Of a DNA stretch of 64,000 bases, positions 1-13,050 are shown in pieces. The notes beneath the pieces were generated by a model that was given only the letters and a program-made list of their open reading frames with translations, searched no databases and was not told where the DNA came from. The translations under genes were made by a program, and so were the position numbers. The stretch spans positions 23,622,001-23,686,000 of the forward strand of contig CM060732.1 of the NCBI GenBank assembly GCA_030704615.1. The letters run 5' to 3'. Source of the DNA: Takakia lepidozioides (taxonomy: Eukaryota > Plantae > Bryophyta). The stretch's first letter is position 1. Every line of letters starts with the position of its first letter.

Positions 1-1498
1 GATCGGCGAGACGAGGTGATCAATCCACAAATACCACAAGACTAAAAGCGTCAGCCACCAGCTTTTGTCAAGTCAGAGCGGCAGAGATCGATTAGGGCAA
101 AAGTCAGATACCCTGATCCAGCAGCACGCAAATCAACACACAAACACGCAGCAAAGGGATTCGGCTGTGCTCGGTCAAAATATTGCAGATCTGATCTCAA
201 CCAAAACAACTCTTATAATACTAGTCCCATTCACTGCTCTCCACAAGAACTAGGGCCGTGATATAAACCCCTCTGGCCAGACAGACGGAGGACGATGCTG
301 TCTCTCTCTCTCTCACAAACAAACACAGCCCCCTTGCGATGGAGATCGAGAAGGATCGAACGCGTGACGACGACGACGACCAACAGCGAGAACTCGCACT
401 GCCATGGAAGCTACTTACCCAGGGGTCCGGCGTATGGCAGGCCCACACCCCTTGCAGCAGGGGTGAAACCCTATTTGGCCCAATGTTGGAGACCCACGTG
501 GCATCGTCAGATGCAATTAGGGCAAGTCAACCCCTACAACCGTAACGGTATCCCTGTCGCGTCTGTGCTTGGATGACAAATTCTCCGCCGATGGGGACAT
601 GTTTTCGTCCGTCCGCTGGTCCTCATCCATACACTTACGCTGGTAGGTAGATACCTACCTACCGGTGGGTAGGTACGGTAGGTACGCTATATGTACCTGC
701 CAGCTCGGAGATACGTACGGAAGGTGTGGTGGAAGCGCGGTCGCAGGTCTGACTAGTTTGGAGCCGCGCGGCGCCCACGTATTGGTGGCCGCGGTCGACG
801 ACCAGCCGTGCACGCAATGGATGAATAAGTGTGGACGGCGTGTGCGAACGTATGGCAGGTGCCGCGTTGGATCATTCCGGCACGGCAGCACGGACGGCAG
901 TAACGGACGGAAGTTGACTGGGTAACGGCACTGCGGCGGCAGTTGAGAATTTCTCCCCCTCGCTTTAAGAAAATAAGATTTAAAAGTAAGAGAGAGAGCC
1001 GCAATGTATTATTCAATATTAACCCTTAAGTGTAGGGGCGGGCCAGTCAATGGCCTCCAGACACGGAAATTTTATATATCAAAGTGTCTTGTTGTTGGAG
1101 TTGATTATGCGGGCCAAATTCAACGCTCCATTTTAGTAGGCCACCGACGCAAGTATGCTCGATTTGTTGACTTCTGAAGATGGACTGATAATTGTCAACA
1201 GGGCTCCAATGCCCAACTCAACAATGTCAATGGAGAGTGAGAGAGCCGGCCAACCCACGTAACTAAGAGCCACTTCATCGCACAGCTATTAAAGTTATCC
1301 GGTAAGTCACCCTCCCTTCCGCCCCCTAATACATCCCCACACTGCCTTGTGGTGGTAGGATGGGCGAGCTTGCATCAACTGCCCACGCTAAGGTAAGTGT
1401 TAGCCTCATGTCAACGTGGGCCCCCGCCCCAGCCTCCCCGTTTGTTCCACACGGTGCCATGTAGCCGGAGAGGCCAAAAACCAAACAAAGGATGAAAC

Positions 1499-2325
1499 CA
1501 GTGTTGGGCGGTTACCCGCCTGGCCCCGGGTATCCGCCGGTTCCGGTTATGTGGAACCGGACCGGAACCGGAGCCGCTCATTGGGGATTGTGTGGGAACC
1601 GGAACCGGCGGTTCCAGCTACGACCACATGTGTGGGAACCGGCTGTTCCAGCTCCAAAGCGGTTCCGGTTCCGGTTCGGGTCCACCCGTGGGCTGTAGCC
1701 CTAAATGTCTCTAGTACCTGGGGCTGGTGGGCCCAGGGAAAAACTTATTTAATGCTCTTAAGCTCCTGAGATCGTGGGTTCAATGCTTGAAGGCCATGAG
1801 ATTCTATGTTCAATGCTTCAGCGCTATGAGATCTTGGGTTCAATCTCCAGCTCCATGATATCCTGGCTAAGTTCATTAATAAAATGTTTGAAGATGCCAA
1901 TACTTGCCAGGTAGCTGAATAGTACTTTCAACCCATAAAATTTTACCCATTTTCTTCTACCAGTTTATTTAGAGTATTTTTGTTTGTTTTTTTGTGTTAG
2001 TGAAAACTAACAAAATCGATGGATTTTAGTTCAAATATGTGAATACACTGCTATTTAATCTACCGGACTGATAAAATATTTTAAATCTAATTAAATTAAA
2101 CAAATATATTTTTAAAATAGAACCGGAACCTAACCGGAACCGATGGTTTTTATCAGCAACTAACCGGTAACCGGAACCGCCCCCATGTTTAAAAGTTGGA
2201 TCCGGAACCGGACCGGAACCGGCTCAATAAAAAAAAACCGGAACCGGATCCGGAACCGTCTCTTGAAATAATTTTGGAACCGGAACCGAAGGTTCCTTCA
2301 CAAATGCAAGAACCGCCCAACACTG
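1499..2325. mobile_element. hAT-type non-autonomous element (MITE)
   Basis: Perfect 15-bp TIR CAGTGTTGGGCGGTT / AACCGCCCAACACTG; 8-bp TSD GATGAAAC at 1491-1498 and 2326-2333; many subterminal GGAACC/GGTTCC motifs. Confidence 0.93.
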
Positions 2326-3693
2326 GATGAAACGCGTTTTACACTCATTTATGTGCTATTTTGGTCCTCTTTTTTCCCTTGTATTTTACTCGCCTGCTCT
2401 TTTGACATTTATTGCACTTCAGCGTGTCTTTTGGCCAAAATGGCCTAACTCACCCTCCATCCCCCTCCACTTAACGGATATCTTTATTGCCCTCTTTCTT
2501 TTCTATTTTTTGGGGAAGAGGGGACGGAAGCCCTCGGAATTGATTGCAAAAGGTGGAGAAATAACCACCAATAAGGCTGTGAAGGGTGGGGGAACCGCCC
2601 CGCAACCCCCTCTTTTGGTGTAGCCTATATAACGATAATGGGGCTAAGTGCAGAAAAAGACTAGCATATAAGGCTAAATAGTCATTTTCTTTTTTATGGC
2701 CTCAAACATCCCAAAAATATGATCCTGAAGCGGAAAAGGCTACGTCGTGAAGATTTCATAATATGAACTAGGGGAATCCTAAATAATGGTATCTGTCCCA
2801 TACAATTCTCTAATTTTGGGCAAAGCAACTGCCCAGATTGTTTTTCCAATGTTTATTTTTCGATACTTTTTTTCCAATGTTTTTATGCTAGCATATTTTT
2901 TATAATATTTCTTTCCACATAGAAACAGCAAGGCACATCCTCCTGTGCTACACGGCAATGCGCAAAGAGAAGACGCACTGTAAAATGGTGGCCACAAGAA
3001 GATGAGAGAAGAAGACCCTAATCATGATAGGCAGCTGAGGGCACAAACCGTAGGAGAAATTTGTGGGCAAGTTTTTATGGAATGAGCCCGAAGGCAGGGG
3101 TCGAAAATCTTGGGCGGGTTTTATTTTTCTTATTCCACCCGCATCTTGGTATTGAAATATTTTCACTTTTCAATACCAGCCGGTTCCATAGTATTAGAAC
3201 ACTCACAAAATTTCAATATCCGTCGGTTCTCAATATAGCTGCAGGATTTTGAATTTGCCGACGGTTATCAACCAGGGCTATTCCAATTGTAATACCAGCC
3301 GGTTGCCAACCCGGGTATAAAAATTTAATTTAATTAATTTAAAGTGGTAGCCTGAGTATGTTGGGGCAATTTATAAGTAAGTATACCTAGTTTTCCAAAG
3401 AAAATAAAAATGTTTCAAAAGCCCTATGCATTACATATGCATATTTTGTCAAACCAAGAGCATTGATCTGGTTCCAAGTCTCACTATCCAACATGGCCAA
3501 ATCTACAATGGAGAGAGTCTGGGTTCAGGTCCAGGTTCTTTTATGAAATGAACCACGGATTCGGATTCGGATATTTGTTGTCGTTGCGGGTTTGGGTCCG
3601 GGGTTGTCATGGATCCTAACCTGCGGGGTACTCGGGTCAGGACCCATACCCGCACAACACTAGTATCAACCTAGGTCTTAACGGGGGTTGGTA

Positions 3694-4328
3694 GAACGTG
3701 AGCACAAATGGCATGAGCACAAACCCACGGTCATGGGGGTTTTATGTTTTTAAACCACGGTCATAGGAGCTATATGTTTTCAAAACACATAAAACCCCAA
3801 AACCCTAATGCGAAATAGGTACCCATAATGATCTACAAGCTCCAAGTTCCATATATCTACAGCTTTGGTATTCTACAAAAGAATAACACATTCAAACAAA
3901 ACAAAGTCACAATAACCAACACCATCCAAAACACACAAATACCAAACAATAGTTGAACAATTTAATATAATGAGGCACACAACGGGTTTCGTTAACGAAA
4001 TAAATCAAGGTGTCGGGTTTCGCCAACTTACAATGGATTTCGCTAGCGAAATAGCAGATTTCGTCGGCGAAATTTCCAGGTATCACTGCGTAGGTCATTA
4101 TCCTATGGTTTCGTGGGCGAAACAATATGTATTGTGTTTGACGGAAATAGAGTGACTCCCAGCTACGTGTGGCTTGTGCTCACATGAGTACAAGTCTGCT
4201 CGCGTGCACACAATTTGGTCCCCGTGAGCACAAATTTCCAATTTTAGTTTCGCCGCAGCATCTTTTCGAGAATATTTGCGAATTTTCGGGCATTTTGTCT
4301 TCTACTCATGCGAGCACAGGACCGACCC
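3694..4328. repeat. GAGCAC-motif non-autonomous element (related copy at ~7645-8390)
   Basis: Clusters of (GT)GAGCAC/GTGCTC at both ends; GGTTGGTA at 3686-3693 and 4329-4336; similar start at 7645-7710. Exact ends uncertain. Confidence 0.45.
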
Positions 4329-4685
4329 GGTTGGTATCTACTTTTATAATACTAGGGTTAGGAATCGGAACCCCTGATATTGACATTCACACTACCTAGG
4401 TCAATACCCTACGTCCAGGCTGGTATTAACAAAAGCAATATCCGGACAATACATGTATTGGGGGTTACACATATATAGGTAAACATTAACAATTTTTTAG
4501 GCCGATTTTGCCGTTTTAGAGGCGAACTAAGAAGCAACATATGCAATGCTGGCGCAATATGCTTTGGCATAATCGGAGGCTTGATTTTGTACAACCCACT
4601 ACAATATCCAACCAATCAGAGGTTGCAGAGCTGCTCATTATGCTCTTAAAAGTATCGCAAGTTTGACTTTGTAAGAGACCATTAA

Positions 4686-5555
4686 CCCTTAACTTCCTAT
4701 GCGACCCGATTTGGGTCGTGACCTCTAAAGAAAAATGGGGATATCTTGCTCAGATTCTATTGAAATTAAATGATTGTTGAAGTAATAAATTTGCTGACAA
4801 CATAGTCCCCCCACAATTCAATTGAAAGTATTTTGAGTAAAATCCTGACCTGCAGAATTTTGCAAAAACGCTTGGGTTAGGTAAGGAGAGGGGCAAGGCA
4901 GGGTTGACCACCTGCGTGGCAACTTTCTATTGGTGCATGCACCAGCCAGCTCCAAAACACTTGGCCCCACTTAGGCCTCAAACTTTGGAAAAATCACCAT
5001 TGGATTCTCAAAAAAATTGACATTCGGATGAGGATCATAGGAACTCATTCTCTCATGGCTTGGATAGAAAAAAAATCTTGGATTTCTGTACATTTTCTGA
5101 CAATGTTAGAAACTTTATGTTCCAGCTCTATGTTCTGGCCCATATCTGAATCCCCCAAAGAACACATAGAAAGGAGCATGTAGCATCCTTACATGCTCCT
5201 TTGGCAATTTGGCATGGAATTTTGTGCATGTTTGCATACCTTGGAATATATAGGATATGGCCATGGGTGCGGCGGAGCCAGCAAAAATCAACCCGATACT
5301 GCCATTTCCAAAACTGACATTGCAGATTTCTCAAATTCCTCTAAAAAAAAACAACCCCCACCAAAGCACTATAATTTTAAAATTCTTGTGGTGAAATTCT
5401 TTGCAATTTGGTATATGGATGTGTGTGGTAGGTAACAACTGATTTATAAGGTTCATATTTTTGGATGTACTATGGCAGGTGGATAGCTTGGTTATACTGT
5501 CAAGTGGTAGGAGATTTTAAGGGCAAAAAACCTCTACTATGTAGGAAGTTGAGGG
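4686..5555. mobile_element. piggyBac-like non-autonomous element
   Basis: TTAA at 4682-4685 and 5556-5559; TIR CCCTTAACTTCCTAT / GTAGGAAGTTGAGGG. Confidence 0.82.
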
Positions 5556-5559
5556 TTAA

Positions 5560-6749
5560 GTCAAACCGACCCGTTTTGGATCGGTTAGGTTTCTTTAACC
5601 AGCCATAACTTCCTGTGGTTAAGGCTGATTGGCCTTTATTTTTGGCTCAATCGACAGATAATCGGGTCCCCCTTCATATGGCATTGGCCAATTGGTCAAT
5701 GCCTGAAGGGGTATGGGTCTGGACCAATTGGAAGGGGGCACACTCAGCTTTTTGAGGCCAATTTGGCCCCCCTAACCTGCCCAAGTTGCTGACATGGCAA
5801 CTGCGGTCAGGTTAGGGTGACTGAAAGATACCCCATAAAGGTTAGGGCGGCACGCTCCCCCAAACCCCTTGATTGCCCGGCAGGGGCATGGCGCAGGTCT
5901 GGGCATTCCCAGGCCTGGGCCCTAGCCTGAATCGACGGCGAATGCCATGTAGGGCGGGCTGGAGGGAGTGCAGCCGCAATGGCGGCAGAGCTCGGGGCCC
6001 GAGAAAAATGCCACGAGGGGTGGGCCAAACCTAGGGCGGGGGTTTGAGAGGGTTGAGAGTCCCATGAAAGCAGGGCCGGGTAAGCCAGAGGAGCTCCCAA
6101 GCCCCGTGCCCTTCTGGGCTATGGCTCCAAATATCCTAGGCCTGCAGGCTATAACATAGTTGTGCCATTTGAAGTCTTGGGCAGGGAACCTAAAGATGTG
6201 AGGGCAGTTCCCGATTGGTCCCAAACTTTTTTTGGGATCTCATATAGATGTTCATGACACTTCAACCGGAGGGATTAGGAATTGAACGGCTGAATTTGTT
6301 TGTATAATTTTATAAAGAGATATTTTGGCCTGCCCAAAGAAAATGGCATATTTTGACCCCCCAATTTGTCACTACAAAGGAGCCCACTTGAGAACATTTC
6401 AGAAGAAACTGAAAATTTATGAGAATGTGTGTTATCAGGTATGGAACAACATTCTTGAGACTCTCAAATAGAAAAAATTAAAAATGCCCAAATACGAGCA
6501 AAAAACTGCTTTTTTTGGCACCTAGTTCTTAGTGGAGATTTTTTTTTTGTCCCCACTCTACACTTCATAATCTTCAGATCTGGCAGTTGGATTTTGGTGA
6601 AACTTTTTGTGGTAGGAGGTGGGGTAGGTGGGAAGTAATTCCAACGGTCAGTTTTACAGGGACACAGTGATTCTATAGATAAAAAAAATTTGTGGGCCAG
6701 GGTCATGTTTTTCCACGAGAGGGTGAAAATGAGTTTTGACACTTAAGGG
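5560..6749. mobile_element. Second piggyBac-like element (left tip incomplete)
   Basis: Ends TTTTGACACTTAAGGG followed by TTAA (6750-6753); begins TTAA-GTCAAA, matching the reverse complement of the end except for the terminal bases. Confidence 0.6.
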
Positions 6750-7859
6750 TTAAGGTCTGCAACCTCTAATTGGCAACATAGGCAGTGGCTTGACATTCCA
6801 TAATACATAAAATGAAATGTGGCACATACCTTATACTTACGCCGCCTCTCCTCCCTCACTCGAGCTTCTCGCAAGTAATGCTCCTCCTCCTCTCTCTCAT
6901 TTGGTTTTTGGTTTATTCAGGATGCGGTGTGCAATTTTTCCTTGCTATAGTGACCTATGATGAATATTATTTTTCTTACCATGTTTAAGAATTGAAATTG
7001 ATGGATGGATCTTAAATTATATTTTGAGTTTTTTTTCCAGCCAAATAAAATTTTATTCCAGATTTTATCAAATTTTCTAATTTATTTAATCAATTAATTA
7101 GGACCCAAGCCCATAAAACCTGCTGAAATTTTCCAGCAATTACCCGGACCCTGACCCGACCCCATGTTCAAATACCCAAACCCAAACCCAAACCCAGACC
7201 CGGATTTTCCCAATTTTAAAAACCCAGATCCAAACGCGGACTTGGCTCCAGAGAAAAACCTGAACCCGGACCATGCGGGTTCCTTAGAAAGGCACTACCT
7301 GCATAACACTGGTTGATACCCAGCCTGACCCTACATAATAGTCCAACACTGATTATAACCAACACGCACAAACTCAAAAACAATCAACTTACCTATTAAG
7401 ATTATAAATAAATAAAAATGTAACCCACTGGCAGGCTTGAATGACGGTATGTATTGACAAATGTCAAAATATTTTTTCCTCAAATCACCTTGATAAAATT
7501 CTCGAGCCTGGGGCGCCTATCTTCGTTATTTTATTAAATCATTATAGTAAAAAATAATTTAATCTTTAATCTTTAGAAGAAAAATTAACAAAAAAATAAC
7601 CAAGTAAAGAGAGGTAGGCTTTGAGTGTCTCTACCTTTCCAAGAGGTTGGTACCGCATGAGCACAACTTTCCCTGAGCACAAAAATTGCATGCGTGAGCA
7701 CAACCCATAGTTATGGGCCAATATGTTCTTAAAACGGAATTACAAGCCCTGCGCATACACCCAAAGTAACATTCAGGCATTTCGAAACATAACCATATTC
7801 CATTAGATATTATAATATCATACCTAGTTCACAACTATATATGTACTAGGGAATAAAAA

Positions 7860-8330
7860 TAAGGACTCCTTGCATATCTGCTCCAGGAGCCCTTCTGCCC
7901 ACCCGAAGTGGCGACCTCCCCCTTCCAATTGGGGTTTCTGACTCTCCTTGGCCATCTCCAGCGGAAACTGAGGATCCTGAGATCAATTGGCGGCATAGGA
8001 AAAATAGGGAGTTAAAAGTTAAAGCTCATTTGAACTTTGAGGCTCTTTGCAGGAAACGCTCGCAGGTTTCCTGTCTTTTACTCCTTGCCCTCTTTGTTCT
8101 TTCCTTCTTTAGAACTTGGTATCAATTATGGACTTTATGTTTGTGTGGCTATTTTCTCCCTGGTGTTCTTGTACTGCCAGGAACGTTGTTGCACTCCCCC
8201 TGGTTTCTAGCGCTTATTTTTGGGATCTGTTTCTCTCCTTGGGGCTTCACAGCTGGTTTCCCCATGTTTATTAGTATGAGTTATAGGGCCTCCGTCCCCT
8301 TTTATTATATAATAATAATAATAATAAATG
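7860..8330 (+). mobile_element. Probable LINE 3' fragment (related copy at ~13380-13850)
   Basis: Shared GATC(C/T)TGAGATCAATTGGCGGCAT (7973, 13501), pyrimidine-rich tail, ends in an (AAT)n or (TA)n microsatellite. Confidence 0.45.
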
Positions 8331-8438
8331 ACAAAACATTGCGAGCACCAACAAAATGGTATGGCATGGTTTGTGCTCATGTGAGCACATTTAAGTTTTG
8401 TGATAGCAAATGCTTCGATTTTATTGGATATATATTCA

Positions 8439-9195
8439 GGAAGATAATAGGAATAATGTAAGAACATAATGCACATGTGCGACCTCTGACAGGATGGTAT
8501 GCCGGTTTCCGGCATGTCAAATCTTCCCCACCCTCTCTTGAGAGTGACATGGAACTGAAGGAGTGTAAACTCAAGTCGGGGTTACACTGGGTTACTCAAC
8601 GAGGTGTGTAACTCCACTTGGGGTTACATCGGGTTACACGATGAGGTGTGTAACTCCACTCGGGGTTACATCGGGTTACACGATGAGGTGTGTAACTGAG
8701 GTGTGTAACTCCACTCGGGATTACATTGGGTTACACGATGAGGTGTGTAACTCCACTCGGTGTTACACAGAATGGAGTCTAACTCCTCTTGATGTAACTC
8801 ACACTTGGTCTCGAAATTTGACTAAGTCCAAATTTGGTTGAGTATAAAATGGACTAACGAGAGTTACATGAGAAACCGGGATTACAGAGGGTTACACCTA
8901 TTGGAGAGTTACACTACCGGGGTTACACCGACCAGGGTTACACACAAGCGCCTCCCATCAAGAATCGAACGCTGAACTTTGCCGCCTGCAACGCTACCAC
9001 CTTACCATCATGCTACCCACCATAGCTTGAAATCCACTTGGATTCTGAAGTATTTAATAGTGAAACCGAGGTAAGAGGGGGTGGGGAGGATTTGACAGGG
9101 GCCCCGCCGGAGGAGCCCAGGCTATCGGAATCCGGCGAAAGTACCATCAGATCACACGCGTCCATTAAGTTCTTACATTATTCCTATTGTCTTCC
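8439..9195. mobile_element. Foldback/MITE with long imperfect TIRs and internal GTTACAC repeats
   Basis: GGAAGATAATAGGAATAATGTAAGAAC (8439) is inverted to GTTCTTACATTATTCCTATTGTCTTCC (ends 9195); second inverted pair TGTCAAATCTTCCCCACCC / GGGTGGGGAGGATTTGACA; tandem GGGTTACAC/GTGTAACT units at 8560-8945. Confidence 0.8.
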
Positions 9196-9239
9196 ATATA
9201 TAAATATGAGAAGAGGGGATAGAGGCCGGGCCCTTGTAA

Positions 9240-9745
9240 CTAGTAAGTTAATACCAAGTGGTACATTCCAGTGTTGGTATGGTATGGGTATCAGACCCGA
9301 GTATCAACGCTGGTATCAACCCTGGTATCACAGACCAGACCAGCCTGGTCTTAAGTTCTACAATACCAGGTCATATACCAAACCAGGCTGGTATCCGTAT
9401 TCTCATACCAGCCACAGTACCAATTACCCCCCGCCGTTTTCCTCGTTTACTCTGGTATGTGTATTACACTAGTTTATGTGGACATATATGTACTTATTTA
9501 TATTTACTTTATGTCTATTGTATTTGTTTCCACTTGATATTTGATAAATTTTTAAGTCAAATGGCTTTTGAATGATACCAGAATTGATATCCCATACCAG
9601 CTGGTATTGTGATCATGATACTCATACTCATACCAGTATTTGAAAAAAAATACATCCACCATTATATAGACCAGACTGGTATGAAAGTTTTGTGATTGGG
9701 CTCGTACCAGGACCAGTCTGGTATGTAAGAAACCTAATACCAGAC
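9240..9745. repeat. ATACCAG/CTGGTAT motif-rich MITE-like segment
   Basis: Dense ATACCA/TGGTAT motifs in both orientations; the same motif occurs at 3170-3320. Confidence 0.5.
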
Positions 9746-9759
9746 GAACGAAGTCTGCC

Positions 9760-9985
9760 CTCTGTGGGCCTACATTCCTGCCATGCCCTTTGGCACATAT
9801 GGAAAAGTCGTTGTTCCTTTGTGGTTGAGAAAACCAGCCCCCACATGAGACTTGTATTATTTAAAACATTTATGGATCTGATTACTGAGGGAAGAAGGCC
9901 TCACAAAGGTTTTGATGGTAGTTATGTGGAAATGTTCATAAAGACGGTGGGCAGGCGCAACTTTTCAAATTGGCAAGGATGACTT
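9760..9985 (+). pseudogene. L1 LINE ORF2 C-terminal fragment (probably continues after 11206)
   Basis: CHALWHIWKSRCSFVVE resembles the LWxIWKxRN motif of plant L1 ORF2; interrupted by a hAT insertion. Confidence 0.55.
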
Positions 9986-11198
9986 CAAGGCTGATTTTTG
10001 CACCTGTCACAAGGCATTTGACAAGCAAAAAAAGGCGAAAAAAATATGAGCCTGTCAAAAGAAAGGCAATGAGAAAAAAAATGCATGTCACAATGAAAGT
10101 TAAGAAAAAATAGCCTTTCAAAAGAAAGGCAGAAATTTCTGATAATTAGGGGTAATTTTATTACTAAGTCCACCTAGGAGAGGCTCACAAAGCCTGAAAG
10201 GTACAAATTCTGAATAGAGAATCTGCCAGAGATTACTAATAGTTATTAGCAATTTTATTAGTAAGTCCACCTAGGAGAGGCTGAAAAAAGGTACAAATTG
10301 TTAGTAGTTATTGTTAATCTTACTAATAAGTCCACCTAGGGGAGCCTCACCAGGCACTGCCAGTTGCCCTTCTTTGTGTTTCAAGCCTTAAACCTCTAGG
10401 CTCTCCCTCTTTGTTTCATGTGATCTTAGTTTTTTTTTGACAAGGGAGTAGACGGATATTTGGCTCAAATCCATTTTGGATAATGTGGGCATGCACTTGC
10501 TTTCCCGTTTCTAGGTCTTTACTCTTGAGACACCCTTGTAAAATGCACAATTAAGTACTGGAGTCTGGCGGCCAAAATGAATTGCTGGTTCAAAACGTGT
10601 AGTGCCTGTTTGACTTGTTATCCCTTACAAGGTATACCACACAACCACAGCAGTGCCAGAAAAATTCTTCTTGAGTCCCTATCCTGATCCTGTTTCAAAA
10701 GCATTTGTTGTGAAGGAGGTGCCATATTCAAACAATTGCACCTAATTCGACGCGGCCATCCTGCATGACTCAAAATCTTTACTTACAAACTTACAATCAA
10801 CTGGCATATTGTATTTCCTAGCTCATTGATAAGCCAAGAAAATATCTCTCAAAGAAGAGAGGCTTGGGGCTACGTATAAAGAGGTTAAAAATGCTAAAGT
10901 TTTATAGTTAGAGAATAAGTGGTACAAATGCTACATGTTTGGGTTGGAACCCATGAAAATAGTGAAGACAATACCATATGTATTCACGGACCGGAGCTTC
11001 ACTAATTGTAGTTGTAAGAAGTTCACACTTCTTTTCATTTTCTGTTTGATTTCATATGACAAAATTGTGTGAAAGGTCAAAAATCTGTCAACCTGTCATG
11101 TGAAAGGCATTTTCTCAAAGTTGTCTGTCACAGTGAAAGTCAAAAAAAAATTAACCTATCACAAAAAAGGTAGAGCTACATGTCAAAAAACAACACTG
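9986..11198. mobile_element. hAT-type non-autonomous element
   Basis: 8-bp TSD GATGACTT at 9978-9985 and 11199-11206; imperfect TIR CAAGGCTGATTTTTG / CAAAAAACAACACTG; subterminal CCTGTCA motifs. Confidence 0.8.
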
Positions 11199-12213
11199 GA
11201 TGACTTCCTTTGCACCCATGTGTCTCATTCTAAAGTTATCTAGCATAATGGCTTCTCTCCGGATGGGAATCTGCTGGTCGAAGGTGAGGAGCATGAGGTC
11301 AACTGTGACGTTGGAAGATCCGCATTGACAAAATTAGGCAAATAATAGAAATGGCCCGGGAGTTGAGTGTGCCCAGCCCGGCACGCCTCCATAGCCCCCC
11401 GCCCACCCGCAGCCGCCCACCCCCGTACTCTAGCACCTCACCTCCGCACGGTCACCGCATGTATTATAGGTCCACTGTTGGGTCCCACACACCTCGAATT
11501 ACATTTTTCAGTATAACTAACATTAAATGGCGCAAGAAGAGGTGGGTGGCTTGGTGGTAAGAGCAATATAGAAATTACAGTCCCAACAAAAACTCCCGGT
11601 CCTCAGAAGATAGGCATAGAGAGAGAGAAGACTCTGGCCGAAACCGGCGTAACTAAGAGCCCCTTCGCCTCAAGACTATTGCCCCTCTCGGGGGTGGGCC
11701 CTCGAAATAGTCATACACAATGGATGCCCATAGTCATACATGTATGGAAGTACATGATAGATATATGGTCATGCATGTGGGGGTCGCAAGTTCAGTGATA
11801 TCCATGCCATTACTATATGACGTGAAACAATATTAGAATTTTTGTTTGATTTTACTACTTCAAAAGAGTTCCAAGTTTGGATGCTTATCTGCAGGCATGC
11901 ATAATCATACATGAGAAATATATGGTCATGCATGGAAATACAAGAGTTATCTTCACGCACAATTTTTGGATAGAAATACATTAGATCATATATGGTATGC
12001 AAGTATGTATGACAATGCAAGTGACTTAGATTGGTTTTTTCAAGTAACAAAATTAGTGTGCAGCTCAGAAGGCAAAGGGTTGAATTATGGTTCTCTCTAT
12101 TCAACTTCATGATGATACAAACCCTTGCTCTTACCCTTGGATCTCGGTGCTCCGAACAAGGACGAAATAACTAAAATTATTGTCACTACTCCTTTGGGCC
12201 ATTTCTTCCTGGA

Positions 12214-13050
12214 ATGGAAAATTCCATGGGCCCAAAACCCTCTCCCCCCATGAAGATCTCTCTCCTCAATTGGACCATCAGAGGCATTAGCTTAGAAACC
12301 TTTGCCCCTAAACGCTCACAAATCAAGACTTGGGCTTCTCAAGTTCTAAATCAAAATGCTATCATATTCCTCCAAGATCATAAATTGTATGATATGAAAA
12401 TATCAAACTTAGGCCGCTCCATTTTGTCATCCAACGTGGTTTGGTGGAACAGAACCATCATCGACTCTCGAGGAGGCACGACCATCCTTATATCACCCTA
12501 CCTTTAATTTCCAACTCTTTTGTGGCAGTTCACACCTGGATCCAATAAGCCTATTAGCGTATGTCATTTAATGCAGTTGCTGAACTTATGGACTCATTTA
12601 GTGGCATTTTGGATTGTCCTAACACTATGGTAAAAATAGTTGTTGTCTTCTTCTCAAATATATTCCCTAAAGTCGTTATAACAAACGACTCTTGATTTGC
12701 GCAAACTATCTATCTAGACTCTATTCATAATCTGGTCTCTCCTTTCATATCGGAAAGACTAAATGATTATTTCATTTCCATTAAATTGGGGGATCTTGTT
12801 GACAACCTCATCCCCAACAAAGCCCCTGATCTGGACGGGCTCCCAATTGAGTTCTTTAAATCCATGTGGTCGGTCATTGGAGATGACTTCCTCGACATGG
12901 AAAATGATGTGTTTCACTAGGGAATCTTGCCTTCCCGGATCTCTCAAGGTTTGATTACCCTTATCTGCAAGAAAGACAAGCAATGTATGGACCTATCACC
13001 TTGTTCAACTCATTTTATAACATCATAGCCAAAACCTTGACTATGCGTCA
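12214..13050 (+). pseudogene. L1 LINE remnant: APE endonuclease N-terminus and start of RT
   Basis: LLNWTIRG..IFLQDHK..SRGGTTILISP (APE motifs); NKAPDLDGLPIEFFK, GLITLICKK and PITLFNSFYNIIAKTL (start of RT). Confidence 0.8.

Larger units (their letters stand above)
4612..6773. mobile_element. Small TIR element interrupted by piggyBac-like insertions
   Basis: TIR CCAATCAGAGGTTGCAGA / TCTGCAACCTCTAATTGG (1 mismatch); CAA on both sides (4609-4611, 6774-6776). Confidence 0.6.

Noticed and set aside
1-950. Possible LTR fragment and GC-rich MITE at the window start
   Set aside because: No partner LTR, TIR pair or TSD inside the window
8959-9016. Functional tRNA gene (also at 54481)
   Set aside because: A/B-box-like motifs are present but I could not fold a full cloverleaf
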